Part shown: positions 19,741 to 28,158 of the stretch, in pieces
Layout of the letters: each line of letters starts with the position of its first letter
Position numbering within the stretch: the first letter of the stretch is position 1
NCBI GenBank assembly: GCA_964479945.1
Contig: CAYZNS010000002.1
Coordinates: 13,172-77,171 of the forward strand
Length of the DNA stretch: 64,000 nt
Origin: an uncultured Candidatus Saccharibacteria bacterium
GTDB taxonomy: Bacteria; Patescibacteriota; Minisyncoccia; Ryanbacterales; 2-02-FULL-48-12
Direction of reading: 5' to 3'
Program-made: the position numbers and the translations under genes
Notes under the pieces: generated by a model
Seen by the model: the letters and a program-made list of their open reading frames with translations, nothing else
What the model was told of the DNA's origin: nothing
Database searches by the model: none

Positions 19741-20208
19741 TTACTTTGCGGTTCTTTCGCCGTTTAATATCCTCTCGAACGCTTCGAGGTTGCCCATGGC
19801 GTCATTAACAGGATTGTGGTCATGTGCTGTAACTCGCAGCTTTTTCCATGAGCTCGCGTCGGTAAAGTCACCGACGAGCCCGGCATAAAAATCGCCGATT
19901 CTCCTCGCGGAATGACCGAATGGGTTTTTGCCGAGAAATAGATGAAAATAATAATTTATGAATTGCCAGTCGTAAGCCGGATTGTCGCTCACGAATAGCG
20001 GTCTGAATCCTTTCTCTATCACCGATAAAATCCATGTATCGAAATTTTCGAATGTTTCTTTTTTCGCCCCTATTCCGTGGAATGCTTGTTTTGAAGGATA
20101 AGCGATTGCGCCAAATTCAAATGACGCCGAGTCGTTCAATGTCGGTGCGGGCCCGTGTCCTTCACAATCCACGAATATTAAGTTTTTAATGGCGATTTCC
20201 TTTGGCAT
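19741..20208 (-). CDS. DEDDh-type 3'-5' exonuclease (DnaQ-like fold)
   Basis: Start chosen at MPKEIAIKNLIFVDCEG (DxE motif I). C-terminal motif HDHNPVNDAMGNLEAF (H...D). The start overlaps the upstream ATPase stop by 4 nt, suggesting translational coupling. Confidence 0.5.
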   Translation of the reverse strand: MPKEIAIKNLIFVDCEGHGPAPTLNDSASFEFGAIAYPSKQAFHGIGAKKETFENFDTWILSVIEKGFRPLFVSDNPAYDWQFINYYFHLFLGKNPFGHSARRIGDFYAGLVGDFTDASSWKKLRVTAHDHNPVNDAMGNLEAFERILNGERTAK

Positions 20209-20210
20209 AT

Positions 20211-21482
20211 TTATTTGTTGGGCTTTTCCAATAGCCATTTCCAAAGCGGCTTTAACTGTATGGTTTTTCCGTCTCGTTTTACTTCGCGCTCTTCATCCCA
20301 TGTAAGTACGGTCAACTTTGACACTTTCAGTTCTTCTCCAGCTTCGGCTAAAGATTTCACTTCGCGCTGTTCAACATCGGGATTTCTTAAGTCGTAAGAA
20401 ATCTGAATAAGTTCGGATGTCTCGTATCCGTACCGAATCGCAAAATCGACCTCTCGATCGTTACGGGTCTTGTAATAAAATAATTCTCGGTTCGGCTCAA
20501 ATCCTCTTTTTACCAATTCGGTAAAGACAAGATTTTCCATGAGCTTGCCGTTATCAGGAGAATGCTGAACGGCTTTGGAAGCAACAAAACCGTTATCTAC
20601 CGTGTATATCTTTTTGGGTGAACGCAGGCGTTCACTGGCTTTCGCGGAAAATCCGGAAAGGGAAAAAACGACGTATGCTTCCTCGAGATATTTAAGATAC
20701 CGCTCAAGCGTCACATTACTCTTGAATTTCAAAACGTTTGCGAGCTTCCGGAAACTATACTGACTGGAAACATTGTTTATTAAAAATGTTCCGAGCTGAT
20801 CTATCTGCTCGGAAAAACGAACCTTGTGGCGCTTCACCACGTCCTTAAAAAGGAGTGCATCGAAAAGCACATCCAAATATCCGCGCGGATGCTGATTCTT
20901 TATCACCACTTCGGGAAAGCCGCCGAATGCCATATACTGCTCCAGCAATTTCAAAAGCTCTGATTTCTGGTCAAACTCTGAGAAGTTTTTAGCTTTTAGA
21001 AATTCTTGAAAATCAAACGGCATTATTTCTATGGGCATATGTCTCCCCGTCAAATGTGTCGCAAGCTCCATTGATAAGAGATTCGCGTTCGATCCGGTTA
21101 TCACGAGATTGTATCCCTGGCGGTGCAGGCGGTTGGCGAACAGTTCCCAGCCTCGAAGGTTTTGTATTTCGTCGAATAAGGCGAGTTTGGTATCGCCGTA
21201 GAATTTGTGTAACTCATCCACGAGCTCGTATAAATCCAATTTTTCTCCGACCAACGCCGGATCGTCAAAATTAAAATAGAGAAAAGGCTTGCCTCTTAGG
21301 AGCATGAGGGAAAAGACGGACTTGCCGGCGCGGCGCGGGCCGAGCACCACCTTAATCAAAGGCGAGGACATCCATTCTGAACCCTTCGCCAGCTTAGTCC
21401 TTTCCACATAGGTCAAATTAGCCAAGGCTACTTTTTCTTGGTTTTGTTTGGATATAACCTCTTTTAACAGGCTTTTTTGCAT
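20211..21482 (-). CDS. AAA+ ATPase (AAA_14-like P-loop GPRRAGKS) with C-terminal DUF4143-like region
   Basis: 423 aa. Walker A GPRRAGKS and Walker B LALFDEIQ. The C-terminal part (EVDFAIRYGYETSELIQISY) resembles DUF4143, which I recall as a restriction-endonuclease-like fold. Confidence 0.6.
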   Translation of the reverse strand: MQKSLLKEVISKQNQEKVALANLTYVERTKLAKGSEWMSSPLIKVVLGPRRAGKSVFSLMLLRGKPFLYFNFDDPALVGEKLDLYELVDELHKFYGDTKLALFDEIQNLRGWELFANRLHRQGYNLVITGSNANLLSMELATHLTGRHMPIEIMPFDFQEFLKAKNFSEFDQKSELLKLLEQYMAFGGFPEVVIKNQHPRGYLDVLFDALLFKDVVKRHKVRFSEQIDQLGTFLINNVSSQYSFRKLANVLKFKSNVTLERYLKYLEEAYVVFSLSGFSAKASERLRSPKKIYTVDNGFVASKAVQHSPDNGKLMENLVFTELVKRGFEPNRELFYYKTRNDREVDFAIRYGYETSELIQISYDLRNPDVEQREVKSLAEAGEELKVSKLTVLTWDEEREVKRDGKTIQLKPLWKWLLEKPNK

Positions 21483-21594
21483 AGTATTTTAGTCGTATTA
21501 AACATTATATGCCTTTTTTGTTCATTACAATTATTATATTAAACATAAGGGGAAAATGCAATAACCGTGAATTATTATTCTCATTTTACTCTCA

Positions 21595-21614
21595 CCCTTT
21601 TTAGCCGTTCTGTA
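21595..21614. repeat. direct repeat DR-R (overlaps the rnhB stop codon)
   Basis: Identical 20-mer to DR-L. On the minus strand it encodes the RNase HII C-terminus GCVQNG*. Confidence 0.7.
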
Positions 21615-22230
21615 CACACCCGTTAAACGTACGCCGGTGGTGGGGCGTGAGGCCGAATCTTGCTATGGATTCCCGGTGCTCCGCTGTGCCATATCCTTTG
21701 TTCCGCTCAAACCCGTAGCGCGGGTATGTATGGTGCAGGCGCGTCATATAGCGGTCGCGGTGCACTTTTGCCACAATGGAAGCCGCGGCAATCAAAGGCA
21801 CGCGCTCATCACCCTTTATGATCGTCTGCTGGTTTTTATATGCGGGAGGAGCGGCTAGACCGCCGTCTAGTAGAATTATGAATCTGGAATTATGAATTAT
21901 GGGAAATGCCTTGAGAAGTTTCCGCAATGACCTCATAACGGCGACAGAACAAGCCCATCTGATTCCGTTTTTATCAATGACAGAATGAGAAACGGAACTA
22001 ATGGTACACGGAAAGTTTTTTCTAATTATTTTATCCCACCCTTCCCTCTGTTTTGATGAAAGTCTTTTTGAATCGCGTATATTTTTTAACCCATAATTCA
22101 TAATTCCAGATTCATAATTCACCATTGCGGCCACTGCCGCAATGGTTACCGGTCCCGCCAACGGCCCCCGCCCCACTTCGTCTATTCCTATAATCCACAC
22201 CTGCGTGGCGCGTCCCTTGACTGTATCCAT
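21601..22230 (-). CDS. rnhB: ribonuclease HII
   Basis: GIDEVGRGPLAGPV, DSKRLS and LLDGG motifs. Start set at MDTVKG. Contains two in-frame insertions encoded by a perfect 31-bp inverted repeat. Confidence 0.85.
   Translation of the reverse strand: MDTVKGRATQVWIIGIDEVGRGPLAGPVTIAAVAAMVNYESGIMNYGLKNIRDSKRLSSKQREGWDKIIRKNFPCTISSVSHSVIDKNGIRWACSVAVMRSLRKLLKAFPIIHNSRFIILLDGGLAAPPAYKNQQTIIKGDERVPLIAAASIVAKVHRDRYMTRLHHTYPRYGFERNKGYGTAEHRESIARFGLTPHHRRTFNGCVQNG
21873..21903. repeat. 31-bp inverted-repeat arm 1 inside the rnhB CDS (gaattatgaatctggaattatgaattatggg)
   Basis: Exact reverse complement of 22090..22120. Translated in frame as PIIHNSRFII. Confidence 0.8.
22090..22120. repeat. 31-bp inverted-repeat arm 2 inside the rnhB CDS
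   Basis: Translated in frame as NYESGIMNYG. The arms are separated by exactly 186 bp (62 codons) containing the catalytic DSK region. Confidence 0.8.
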
Positions 22231-22257
22231 ATCACTATGGTACGCTATACATATCGT

Positions 22258-22617
22258 ATGACTCAACAAGTTCTCTCGTTTTTCCAGATAGGCGTGGCCG
22301 TTTTGCTGGGTGCCGCCATTCTACTTCAGCAAAAAGGAGCGGGCCTTTCCAGCGCTTTCGGCGGAGAAGGCGGCTTTTACCGTACGAAACGGGGATTTGA
22401 GAAAATTCTTTTGGTATCCACCATAATCCTTTCCATTTTATTCGTTGCGACAGGCATTGTGCGCATTGTTATGGCTCCCAATATGCCTGCCGCTCCGGTC
22501 ATTCCCGGTGATAGCGGTATCATCCCTTCATTTGAACTTGGCGCTGAAGAGTCACCGACGCCGCTCATAAGTCCGGAAGTTGAAATTTCGGGCGAAACGG
22601 CGCCTTCTCAAGAATAA
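22258..22617 (+). CDS. secG: preprotein translocase subunit SecG
   Basis: MTQQVLSFFQIGVAVLLGAAILLQQKGAGLSSAFGG matches the SecG N-terminal TM-Gly-rich signature. Divergent from rnhB. Confidence 0.7.
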   Translation: MTQQVLSFFQIGVAVLLGAAILLQQKGAGLSSAFGGEGGFYRTKRGFEKILLVSTIILSILFVATGIVRIVMAPNMPAAPVIPGDSGIIPSFELGAEESPTPLISPEVEISGETAPSQE

Positions 22618-22619
22618 AT

Positions 22620-24332
22620 ATGCCTCCAATTTTTTCCCTGTTTCGGAATTTTTCTTCCACTCAACGCCGCGTATTGCCGCGCCTGTTTACGCGCGGAGAC
22701 AAGATATTGCTTGTATTTTTTGTGCTATCGTTTCTTGCATCCGGCACATATGCCGGCCTTGCCCTTACGGACACGTATTCCGATTCTGTTCCAGCAGATG
22801 GCGGATCATTCCGCGAAGGCATTGTCGGCATTCCTCGTTTCATAAACCCGCTGCTTGTAATCTCGGACGCTGATCGCGATGTAACCAGCATTGTCTACAC
22901 CGGGTTGCTGCGCCACGACGGCAAAGGCAATCTAGCGCTCTCATTGGCGGAACACTACGAAATATCGGAAGATGGACTTTCCTATACATTCTACCTTCAC
23001 CGCAATGCGCGGTGGAGCGACGGCGCGCCGCTTGGCGCCGATGACGTAATCTATACCATCTCGCTCGCGAAAGACCCGCAATACCGAAGCGTGATACGGC
23101 CCAATTGGGAAGGCGTTACGGTAGAAAAAATAGATGATTATACGGTCATATTCACGCTGGCAAAACCCTATGCGCCATTTCTTGAAAACGCAACGCTCGG
23201 CATTCTGCCCAAACACATCTGGCGCGAAGTGCTCCCCGCCGAGTTTCCGTTGAGCGAGTTTAATCTGCGCCCCGTAGGCGCGGGCCCCTATCGCGCCGTT
23301 GGGTTTGAACAGCAGCCAAACGGCCGCATTGCGTCATACGCGCTTGAAGCAAATCCCTACTATCTGCCGGCCGCTCCGCATATCTCACAGATCAAGCTTA
23401 TGTTCTTTACGTCAGCCGCGGAACTTCTTGAAGCGCGCGCCGGAAACCTAATAGATACCGCAAGCATGTCCGCCGCATTAGACGTGCCGGCGGGCGATAC
23501 GGTAATACGATTGCCGATTGCACGCATATTCGGCGTGTTCTTCAATCAAAATTCCACTGAAGTGCTTGCCGATGAGGCGGTACGCGAGGCGCTCCAATAC
23601 GCAACGGACCGGCAGCGTCTCGTCACGGATGTTCTGCATACAAACGGAATCCCCATCCATACTCCCCTTCCCATCTCCGGCACGGGCGCGCTATCAGATC
23701 AGGCAGCATTCCACCTTAATGTTGCGAGTTCCACCGCGTTGCTGGAACGCGCCGGTTGGACGGATGAAGATAACGACGGTATCAGGGAGAAAAATATAAA
23801 TGACCAAACAATACGCTTGGCATTTACCATAAGCACAACCAATGCGCCTGATCTTGCTGCCACTGCCCGATTGTTACAAGAGATGTGGAAAGCGGTGGGC
23901 GCGGACGTACAGGTTGCCATTTTTGAAATCGGCGATTTTGAGCAAAATATCCTGCGGCAACGCAATTATGAATCCCTGTTGTTTGGCGAAGTGTTCGGCT
24001 ATGACCCGGATCCATTTGCCTTTTGGCATGCGTCCCAACGCAACGATCCAGGCCTCAATATTGCGCTCTATACCAACCCCCAAGCAGACACGCTGCTGGA
24101 AAAAGCCCGTACCGTAACAGACAGAACGGCGCGCCACGCCATATATGAAGAATTTCAAAGCATTGTGCTTGCAGATAATCCCGCCGTATTTTTATATAGT
24201 CCGGAATATGCGTACGTTCCAGTCGGTTCAATAAAGAATATAAACCTGACGCAAATAGTAGTGCCTTCCGACCGTTTCGGCAGCATCCATGAGTGGTACA
24301 TCAAAACGAAGAAGCAGTGGAAAGGGTTTTAA
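22620..24332 (+). CDS. ABC transporter substrate-binding protein, peptide/nickel (family 5) type, orphan
   Basis: 570 aa. N-terminal TM anchor and SBP_bac_5-like length and composition. No permease or ATPase genes are adjacent. Confidence 0.7.
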   Translation: MPPIFSLFRNFSSTQRRVLPRLFTRGDKILLVFFVLSFLASGTYAGLALTDTYSDSVPADGGSFREGIVGIPRFINPLLVISDADRDVTSIVYTGLLRHDGKGNLALSLAEHYEISEDGLSYTFYLHRNARWSDGAPLGADDVIYTISLAKDPQYRSVIRPNWEGVTVEKIDDYTVIFTLAKPYAPFLENATLGILPKHIWREVLPAEFPLSEFNLRPVGAGPYRAVGFEQQPNGRIASYALEANPYYLPAAPHISQIKLMFFTSAAELLEARAGNLIDTASMSAALDVPAGDTVIRLPIARIFGVFFNQNSTEVLADEAVREALQYATDRQRLVTDVLHTNGIPIHTPLPISGTGALSDQAAFHLNVASSTALLERAGWTDEDNDGIREKNINDQTIRLAFTISTTNAPDLAATARLLQEMWKAVGADVQVAIFEIGDFEQNILRQRNYESLLFGEVFGYDPDPFAFWHASQRNDPGLNIALYTNPQADTLLEKARTVTDRTARHAIYEEFQSIVLADNPAVFLYSPEYAYVPVGSIKNINLTQIVVPSDRFGSIHEWYIKTKKQWKGF

Positions 24333-24343
24333 TTTGGTAATTT

Positions 24344-24373
24344 GGGCAAGTGGCGGAATTGGTATACTTGCCC
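24344..24373 (+). other. hairpin whose 5' half copies the first ~25 nt of the downstream tRNA-Leu (gggcaagtggcggaattggtat...acttgccc)
   Basis: 8-bp stem. The 15-nt segment aagtggcggaattgg is repeated in tRNA-Leu at 24388-24402. Confidence 0.5.
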
Positions 24374-24385
24374 GCCTATACCTGC

Positions 24386-24469
24386 GCCGAAGTGGCGGAA
24401 TTGGCAGACGCGCTAGCTTCAGGAGCTAGTATCCGCAAGGATGTGAGGGTTCGAATCCCTCCTTCGGCA
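24386..24469 (+). tRNA. tRNA-Leu(CAG), class II with long variable arm
   Basis: Manual cloverleaf: acceptor gccgaag/cttcggc, D-arm gcg-gaattggcaga-cgc, anticodon arm ctagc-ttCAGga-gctag, 15-nt variable arm, T-arm gaggg-ttcgaat-ccctc, discriminator A. CCA is not encoded. Confidence 0.85.
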
Positions 24470-24482
24470 TAGACATAGACAA

Positions 24483-24577
24483 TGGTGGGCGGGCGCGTAC
24501 GGCGAAAAGCAACTGGTGTTGCTTTTCGCGGAGCGTATGGGGTAACCCTTGAGGGTTCGAGTCCCTCCTTGCCACCA
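24483..24577 (+). ncRNA. tRNA-like element: canonical T-arm (gaggg-ttcgagt-ccctc) plus 3' acceptor strand and encoded CCA, but no foldable D or anticodon arms; contains a perfect 12-bp hairpin
   Basis: The T-arm is near-identical to that of tRNA-Leu. A 5' strand tggtggg could pair with cttgcca only with three G-U pairs. The hairpin gcgaaaagcaac-tggt-gttgcttttcgc occupies the would-be anticodon region. I could not derive a canonical cloverleaf. Confidence 0.3.
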
Positions 24578-24597
24578 CATCAAAAAACTTACAAGAG

Positions 24598-24687
24598 TAT
24601 GTCATTGCGAGCAAAGCGAAGCAATCCCATGAATATCTTAAAAAATTACGGGATTGCCGCGTCGCTTCGCTCCTCGCAATGACAACA
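24598..24687. repeat. family-A palindromic MITE-like element, core-only copy (tgtcattgcgagcaaagcgaagcaatccc ... gggattgc...ctcgcaatgaca)
   Basis: Imperfect ~90-bp palindrome. It yields the spurious ORFs SLRAKRSNP.../VIASEAKQ... and sits between the tRNA block and rnj. Confidence 0.7.
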
Positions 24688-24711
24688 TTCTATTACTAAT
24701 AAATAATCTTT

Positions 24712-26577
24712 ATGCAAACAAAAGAACAAGAACAAAAGCAGGCGGATAAACCAGTCAGCCGGCAGGCGGGCGCAGGACGGCATCAACGATCATCTACCGG
24801 CCCGCGCACGCGGAGAGGATTGCCGTCGGCTTCAAAAACAAGCCAGCAAAGCCCTCCCTTCAACGGAAACGGCGACACGTTACGTATGCCGCCAACAGTC
24901 GCGAAAGGGAAACTGCGCATCATTCCGCTGGGCGGCCTGGAAGAAGTCGGCCGCAATATGACCGTCTTAGAATACGAGAACGACGTCATTATTATAGACA
25001 TGGGCCTGCAATTCCCGGAAGAAAACATGCCGGGCATTGACTATATCATCCCCAATATTGCCTACCTTATGCCCCGCCGCAAGAATATCCGCGGCGTCAT
25101 TATCACGCACGCGCATTACGACCATATCGGCGCCATCCCGCATCTCATGCCGAAGCTCGGCAAGCACATCCCGCTGTTCGGCACCGATATTACCATCGCG
25201 ATCATACATAAGCGCCAGGACGACTACCGCGAAATATCCGGCGCCATCAAAACGCGCGAGGTTACCAACAATACACGCCTGAAGCTTGGCGTCTTCGAGA
25301 TTGTATTCTTCGGCGTGTCTCACAATGTACCCGGATCCGTCGGCGTTATCATAAAGACGCCCGCGGGAATTATAGTGCACACGGGCGACTTTAAACTGGA
25401 CCTTAAATCCGATATCGCGGGCAAAACGGAAATAGACAAAATAAAAGCGCTGGGACAAAAGAACGTGCTTGCTTTAATGTCTGACAGCACCAACGCGCGC
25501 GAGCCGGGCCATCAGTATAGCGAACACGAAATAAAAACGGAGTTGGAAACTATAATCGCCAAATCCAAAGGGCGCCTTATCATAGGCACATTCGCGTCTC
25601 TCCTGGGGCGGCTGCAGCAGATAATCCAACTTGCCGAGCGGCACAAGAAGAAAGTGGTAATTGAAGGGCGTTCCATGCGGATCAATATCGAAATAGCGCG
25701 GCAGCTTGGCTATATGAAGTTCGATAAAGATACAATCATCCCCGTGCAAGAAGTGCCCGACTATCCGCCGCACAAGGTAATTATATTAGCCACCGGCGCG
25801 CAGGGAGAATCCAACGCAGTTCTTATGCGGATTGTAAACAAGGAACACAAGTTCCTGCGCATCCAGCCCGGCGACACCGTTGTATTTTCTTCGTCTGTAA
25901 TCCCCGGCAACGAACGCTCCGTGCAATATCTCACCGACAAGCTTTATCGCGACGGCGCGGAGGTCATCAACTACAAGATGCTTGACATTCACGCAGGCGG
26001 ACACGCAAAACAGGAAGATTTAAAATTAATGATAAGCCTGGTCAAGCCGCAGTATCTCATCCCTATTGAAGGTAATCATTCGTTCCTCAAAATCCACGGA
26101 AAAATTGCGCGCGACATTGGCTTTCCGGCCGAGCGCATTCTTATTGCCGACAATGGTCAGATACTAGAGAGCATCGGCAAACAGGAGTTGGAGTTAACAC
26201 AGCATTTCGCGCCCGCGAACTATATATTCGTAGACGGCCTGGGCGTGGGCGATGTGGAAGAAGTGGTGCTGCGCGACCGCCAGATGCTCGCGGAAGACGG
26301 CATGTTTGTCATTATAGCCGTAGTGGATTCGCAGACCGGCAACGTGCGCGGCAGCCCCGATATCATATCGCGCGGGTTCGTATATTTGCGCGAATCGCGG
26401 GAACTTCTGCACGAAGCGCGCGGCCGGATCCGGCGCACCATAGAAGAGACAACGCAGAAAATGCATCCGCTGAACTTGGCTTACGTAAAAGATAAAATCC
26501 GCGAGCAGATAGGACAGTTTCTGTTTTTGAAGACGCAGAGGCGCCCGATGGTGCTTCCGGTCATTATAGAGGTTTAA
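24712..26577 (+). CDS. rnj: ribonuclease J (metallo-beta-lactamase/beta-CASP)
   Basis: HAHYDHIG motif and beta-CASP region. Has a ~65-aa basic N-terminal extension, so the true start may be later. Confidence 0.85.
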   Translation: MQTKEQEQKQADKPVSRQAGAGRHQRSSTGPRTRRGLPSASKTSQQSPPFNGNGDTLRMPPTVAKGKLRIIPLGGLEEVGRNMTVLEYENDVIIIDMGLQFPEENMPGIDYIIPNIAYLMPRRKNIRGVIITHAHYDHIGAIPHLMPKLGKHIPLFGTDITIAIIHKRQDDYREISGAIKTREVTNNTRLKLGVFEIVFFGVSHNVPGSVGVIIKTPAGIIVHTGDFKLDLKSDIAGKTEIDKIKALGQKNVLALMSDSTNAREPGHQYSEHEIKTELETIIAKSKGRLIIGTFASLLGRLQQIIQLAERHKKKVVIEGRSMRINIEIARQLGYMKFDKDTIIPVQEVPDYPPHKVIILATGAQGESNAVLMRIVNKEHKFLRIQPGDTVVFSSSVIPGNERSVQYLTDKLYRDGAEVINYKMLDIHAGGHAKQEDLKLMISLVKPQYLIPIEGNHSFLKIHGKIARDIGFPAERILIADNGQILESIGKQELELTQHFAPANYIFVDGLGVGDVEEVVLRDRQMLAEDGMFVIIAVVDSQTGNVRGSPDIISRGFVYLRESRELLHEARGRIRRTIEETTQKMHPLNLAYVKDKIREQIGQFLFLKTQRRPMVLPVIIEV

Positions 26578-26579
26578 TA

Positions 26580-26693
26580 TCCAATCGCAGAAAAATTGAA
26601 AATGTAAAATGCAAAAATCAAAATGACAATTCAAAATTTTAAAATTTTACATTGTCATTTTACATTTTGATTTTTAAATTTTACATTACGCTT
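26580..26693. repeat. AT-rich imperfect inverted repeat (aaaatgtaaaatgcaaaaatcaaaatgacaat / attgtcattttacattttgattttt)
   Basis: ~40-bp arms between rnj and trpS. Likely a terminator/promoter module. Confidence 0.5.
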
Positions 26694-27695
26694 ATGAACC
26701 ACGGATCTTCAAAAAAACCAATACTACTCTCCGGAGCAAAACCCTCCGGCGAGCTTCACATCGGCAACTACATCGGCGCTATCCGACAATGGATTGCTTT
26801 GCAAGACACGCATGAGACCTACGTGCCCATTGTGGACCTGCACGCACTCACCGAGCCGCAGGATCCGGAGAAATTGCGCGCGCAAATCTTAGAAATCACG
26901 GCCGACTATGTCGCTTTAGGACTTGATCCGGAGCGCGCCGCTATTTTTCTGCAATCCGCCGTGCCCGCGCACGCCCAGCTTATGTGGGTACTTGCCACCA
27001 TTTCCGCCATGGGCGAGCTGGAACGCATGGTGGTGTACAAGGAAAAACTTGAAGAAGGCAAGCCGGCGAACGCGGGACTGTTCACCTACCCCATCCTCAT
27101 GGCGGCGGATATTTTATTGTACAAGCCCACCATCGTGCCCGTTGGCGAGGATCAGCGCCAGCATCTGGAATTTACGCGGACGCTTGCGCGCAAATTCAAC
27201 AAGCGCTTCGGGTTGACGTTCCCGGTCCCCAAAGAATTTAAGCTGGACGCGGGCAAAAAAATTCTCTCGCTCACAGATCCCGCCAAAAAAATGTCTAAGT
27301 CGCACGGCGTAATGTCATATATCGCCCTAGCCGACGCGCCAGAAAAAATACGGCAGAAAATAAAAACGGCCGTTACCGATTCCGGCAGCGCTATCAAATA
27401 CGACACAGTGACAAAACCGGCCATTTCCAATTTGATGGCAATATATCACGCGTTTTGCGGAAAAGAGTTCGCCGCAATTGAAAAAGAATTCGCCGGCAAA
27501 AGTTATAAAGAATTCAAAGAAGCACTCGCGGAGCTGGTAATTGAAAAACTGCGCCCCGTGCAGGAGAAGCGAAAGGAATTACTTGAAAACAAGAGTAACC
27601 TTATCAAAATTCTCGAAGAAGGAGCCGCGAAAGCGAACGCAAAAGCATCGGAGACGCTGGAAGAGGTACATAGGAAGGTGGGGTTGAAAGTATAA
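26694..27695 (+). CDS. trpS: tryptophanyl-tRNA synthetase
   Basis: HIGN motif (GELHIGNYIGA) and KMSKS. Start set at MNHGSSKKPILL. Confidence 0.9.
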   Translation: MNHGSSKKPILLSGAKPSGELHIGNYIGAIRQWIALQDTHETYVPIVDLHALTEPQDPEKLRAQILEITADYVALGLDPERAAIFLQSAVPAHAQLMWVLATISAMGELERMVVYKEKLEEGKPANAGLFTYPILMAADILLYKPTIVPVGEDQRQHLEFTRTLARKFNKRFGLTFPVPKEFKLDAGKKILSLTDPAKKMSKSHGVMSYIALADAPEKIRQKIKTAVTDSGSAIKYDTVTKPAISNLMAIYHAFCGKEFAAIEKEFAGKSYKEFKEALAELVIEKLRPVQEKRKELLENKSNLIKILEEGAAKANAKASETLEEVHRKVGLKV

Positions 27696-27696
27696 C

Positions 27697-28158
27697 TTAT
27701 ACCTCCCGCACTTTGTGCGAAAGAATAGTATTCAAATCCTTAAAATGAAACGTGCCCTGAATGTTCTTTCCCGCAAGCACGAGTGGCAGCCAATGCGGAT
27801 CATCCGCCCACATATTTTGATACGGGATGCTGTCCAGGGAAAACCATTGCGGGCGCATCTCATCTGATTCCTTGGGCTCTCCGGAAAACGTTCTCGCACT
27901 GAATACATGAATCTCCAATGATGGCGCGGAACCATCCTCAAAGGCAAATGTCAGTATGCCGCGCTTTAGCATGGTATGCGGCGTGATACCCGCTTCTTCC
28001 ACAAGTTCTCTGTGCGCCGCTTCCTCAATAGTCTCGCCTGCTTCCACCTTGCCGCCAAACCCGTTCCATTTCCCCAAGCCAAACCCGCGCTTCTTTAGCC
28101 CCAAAAGAATGTGTGCCTCATCGTGAACAACGCAAAGCGTTAATATCTTTTTATTCAT
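27697..28158 (-). CDS. NUDIX hydrolase (MutT/NUDT1-like)
   Basis: Nudix box GGKVEAGETIEEAAHRELVEEAGI. Start at MNKKIL. Confidence 0.7.
   Translation of the reverse strand: MNKKILTLCVVHDEAHILLGLKKRGFGLGKWNGFGGKVEAGETIEEAAHRELVEEAGITPHTMLKRGILTFAFEDGSAPSLEIHVFSARTFSGEPKESDEMRPQWFSLDSIPYQNMWADDPHWLPLVLAGKNIQGTFHFKDLNTILSHKVREV

Larger units (their letters stand above)
14361..21614. mobile_element. ~7.2-kb genomic island (type I R-M plus ATPase/exonuclease) bounded by 20-bp direct repeats duplicating the rnhB 3' end; no integrase present
   Basis: DR-L at 14361-14380 and DR-R at 21595-21614, with similar flanks. DR-R is the genuine rnhB stop region. Confidence 0.45.

Noticed and set aside
21873-22120. 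Invertible-DNA switch (Hin/Gin-style) formed by the 31-bp inverted repeats in rnhB
   Set aside because: Inverting the 186-bp segment would introduce a stop after nine codons (KCLEKFPQ*). This gives no alternative coding state. No invertase gene is nearby.
24426-24682. ORF-track ORFs 24426..24614 (-) and 24482..24682 (+)
   Set aside because: They are translations across the tRNA T-arms (RDSNP / GFEP signatures) and the family-A repeat. They are not genes.
24483-24690. Permuted or two-piece tmRNA gene, with the acceptor piece upstream of the coding piece
   Set aside because: The required complementary 5' acceptor strand and tag ORF are absent downstream. The family-A palindromic repeat occupies that position.
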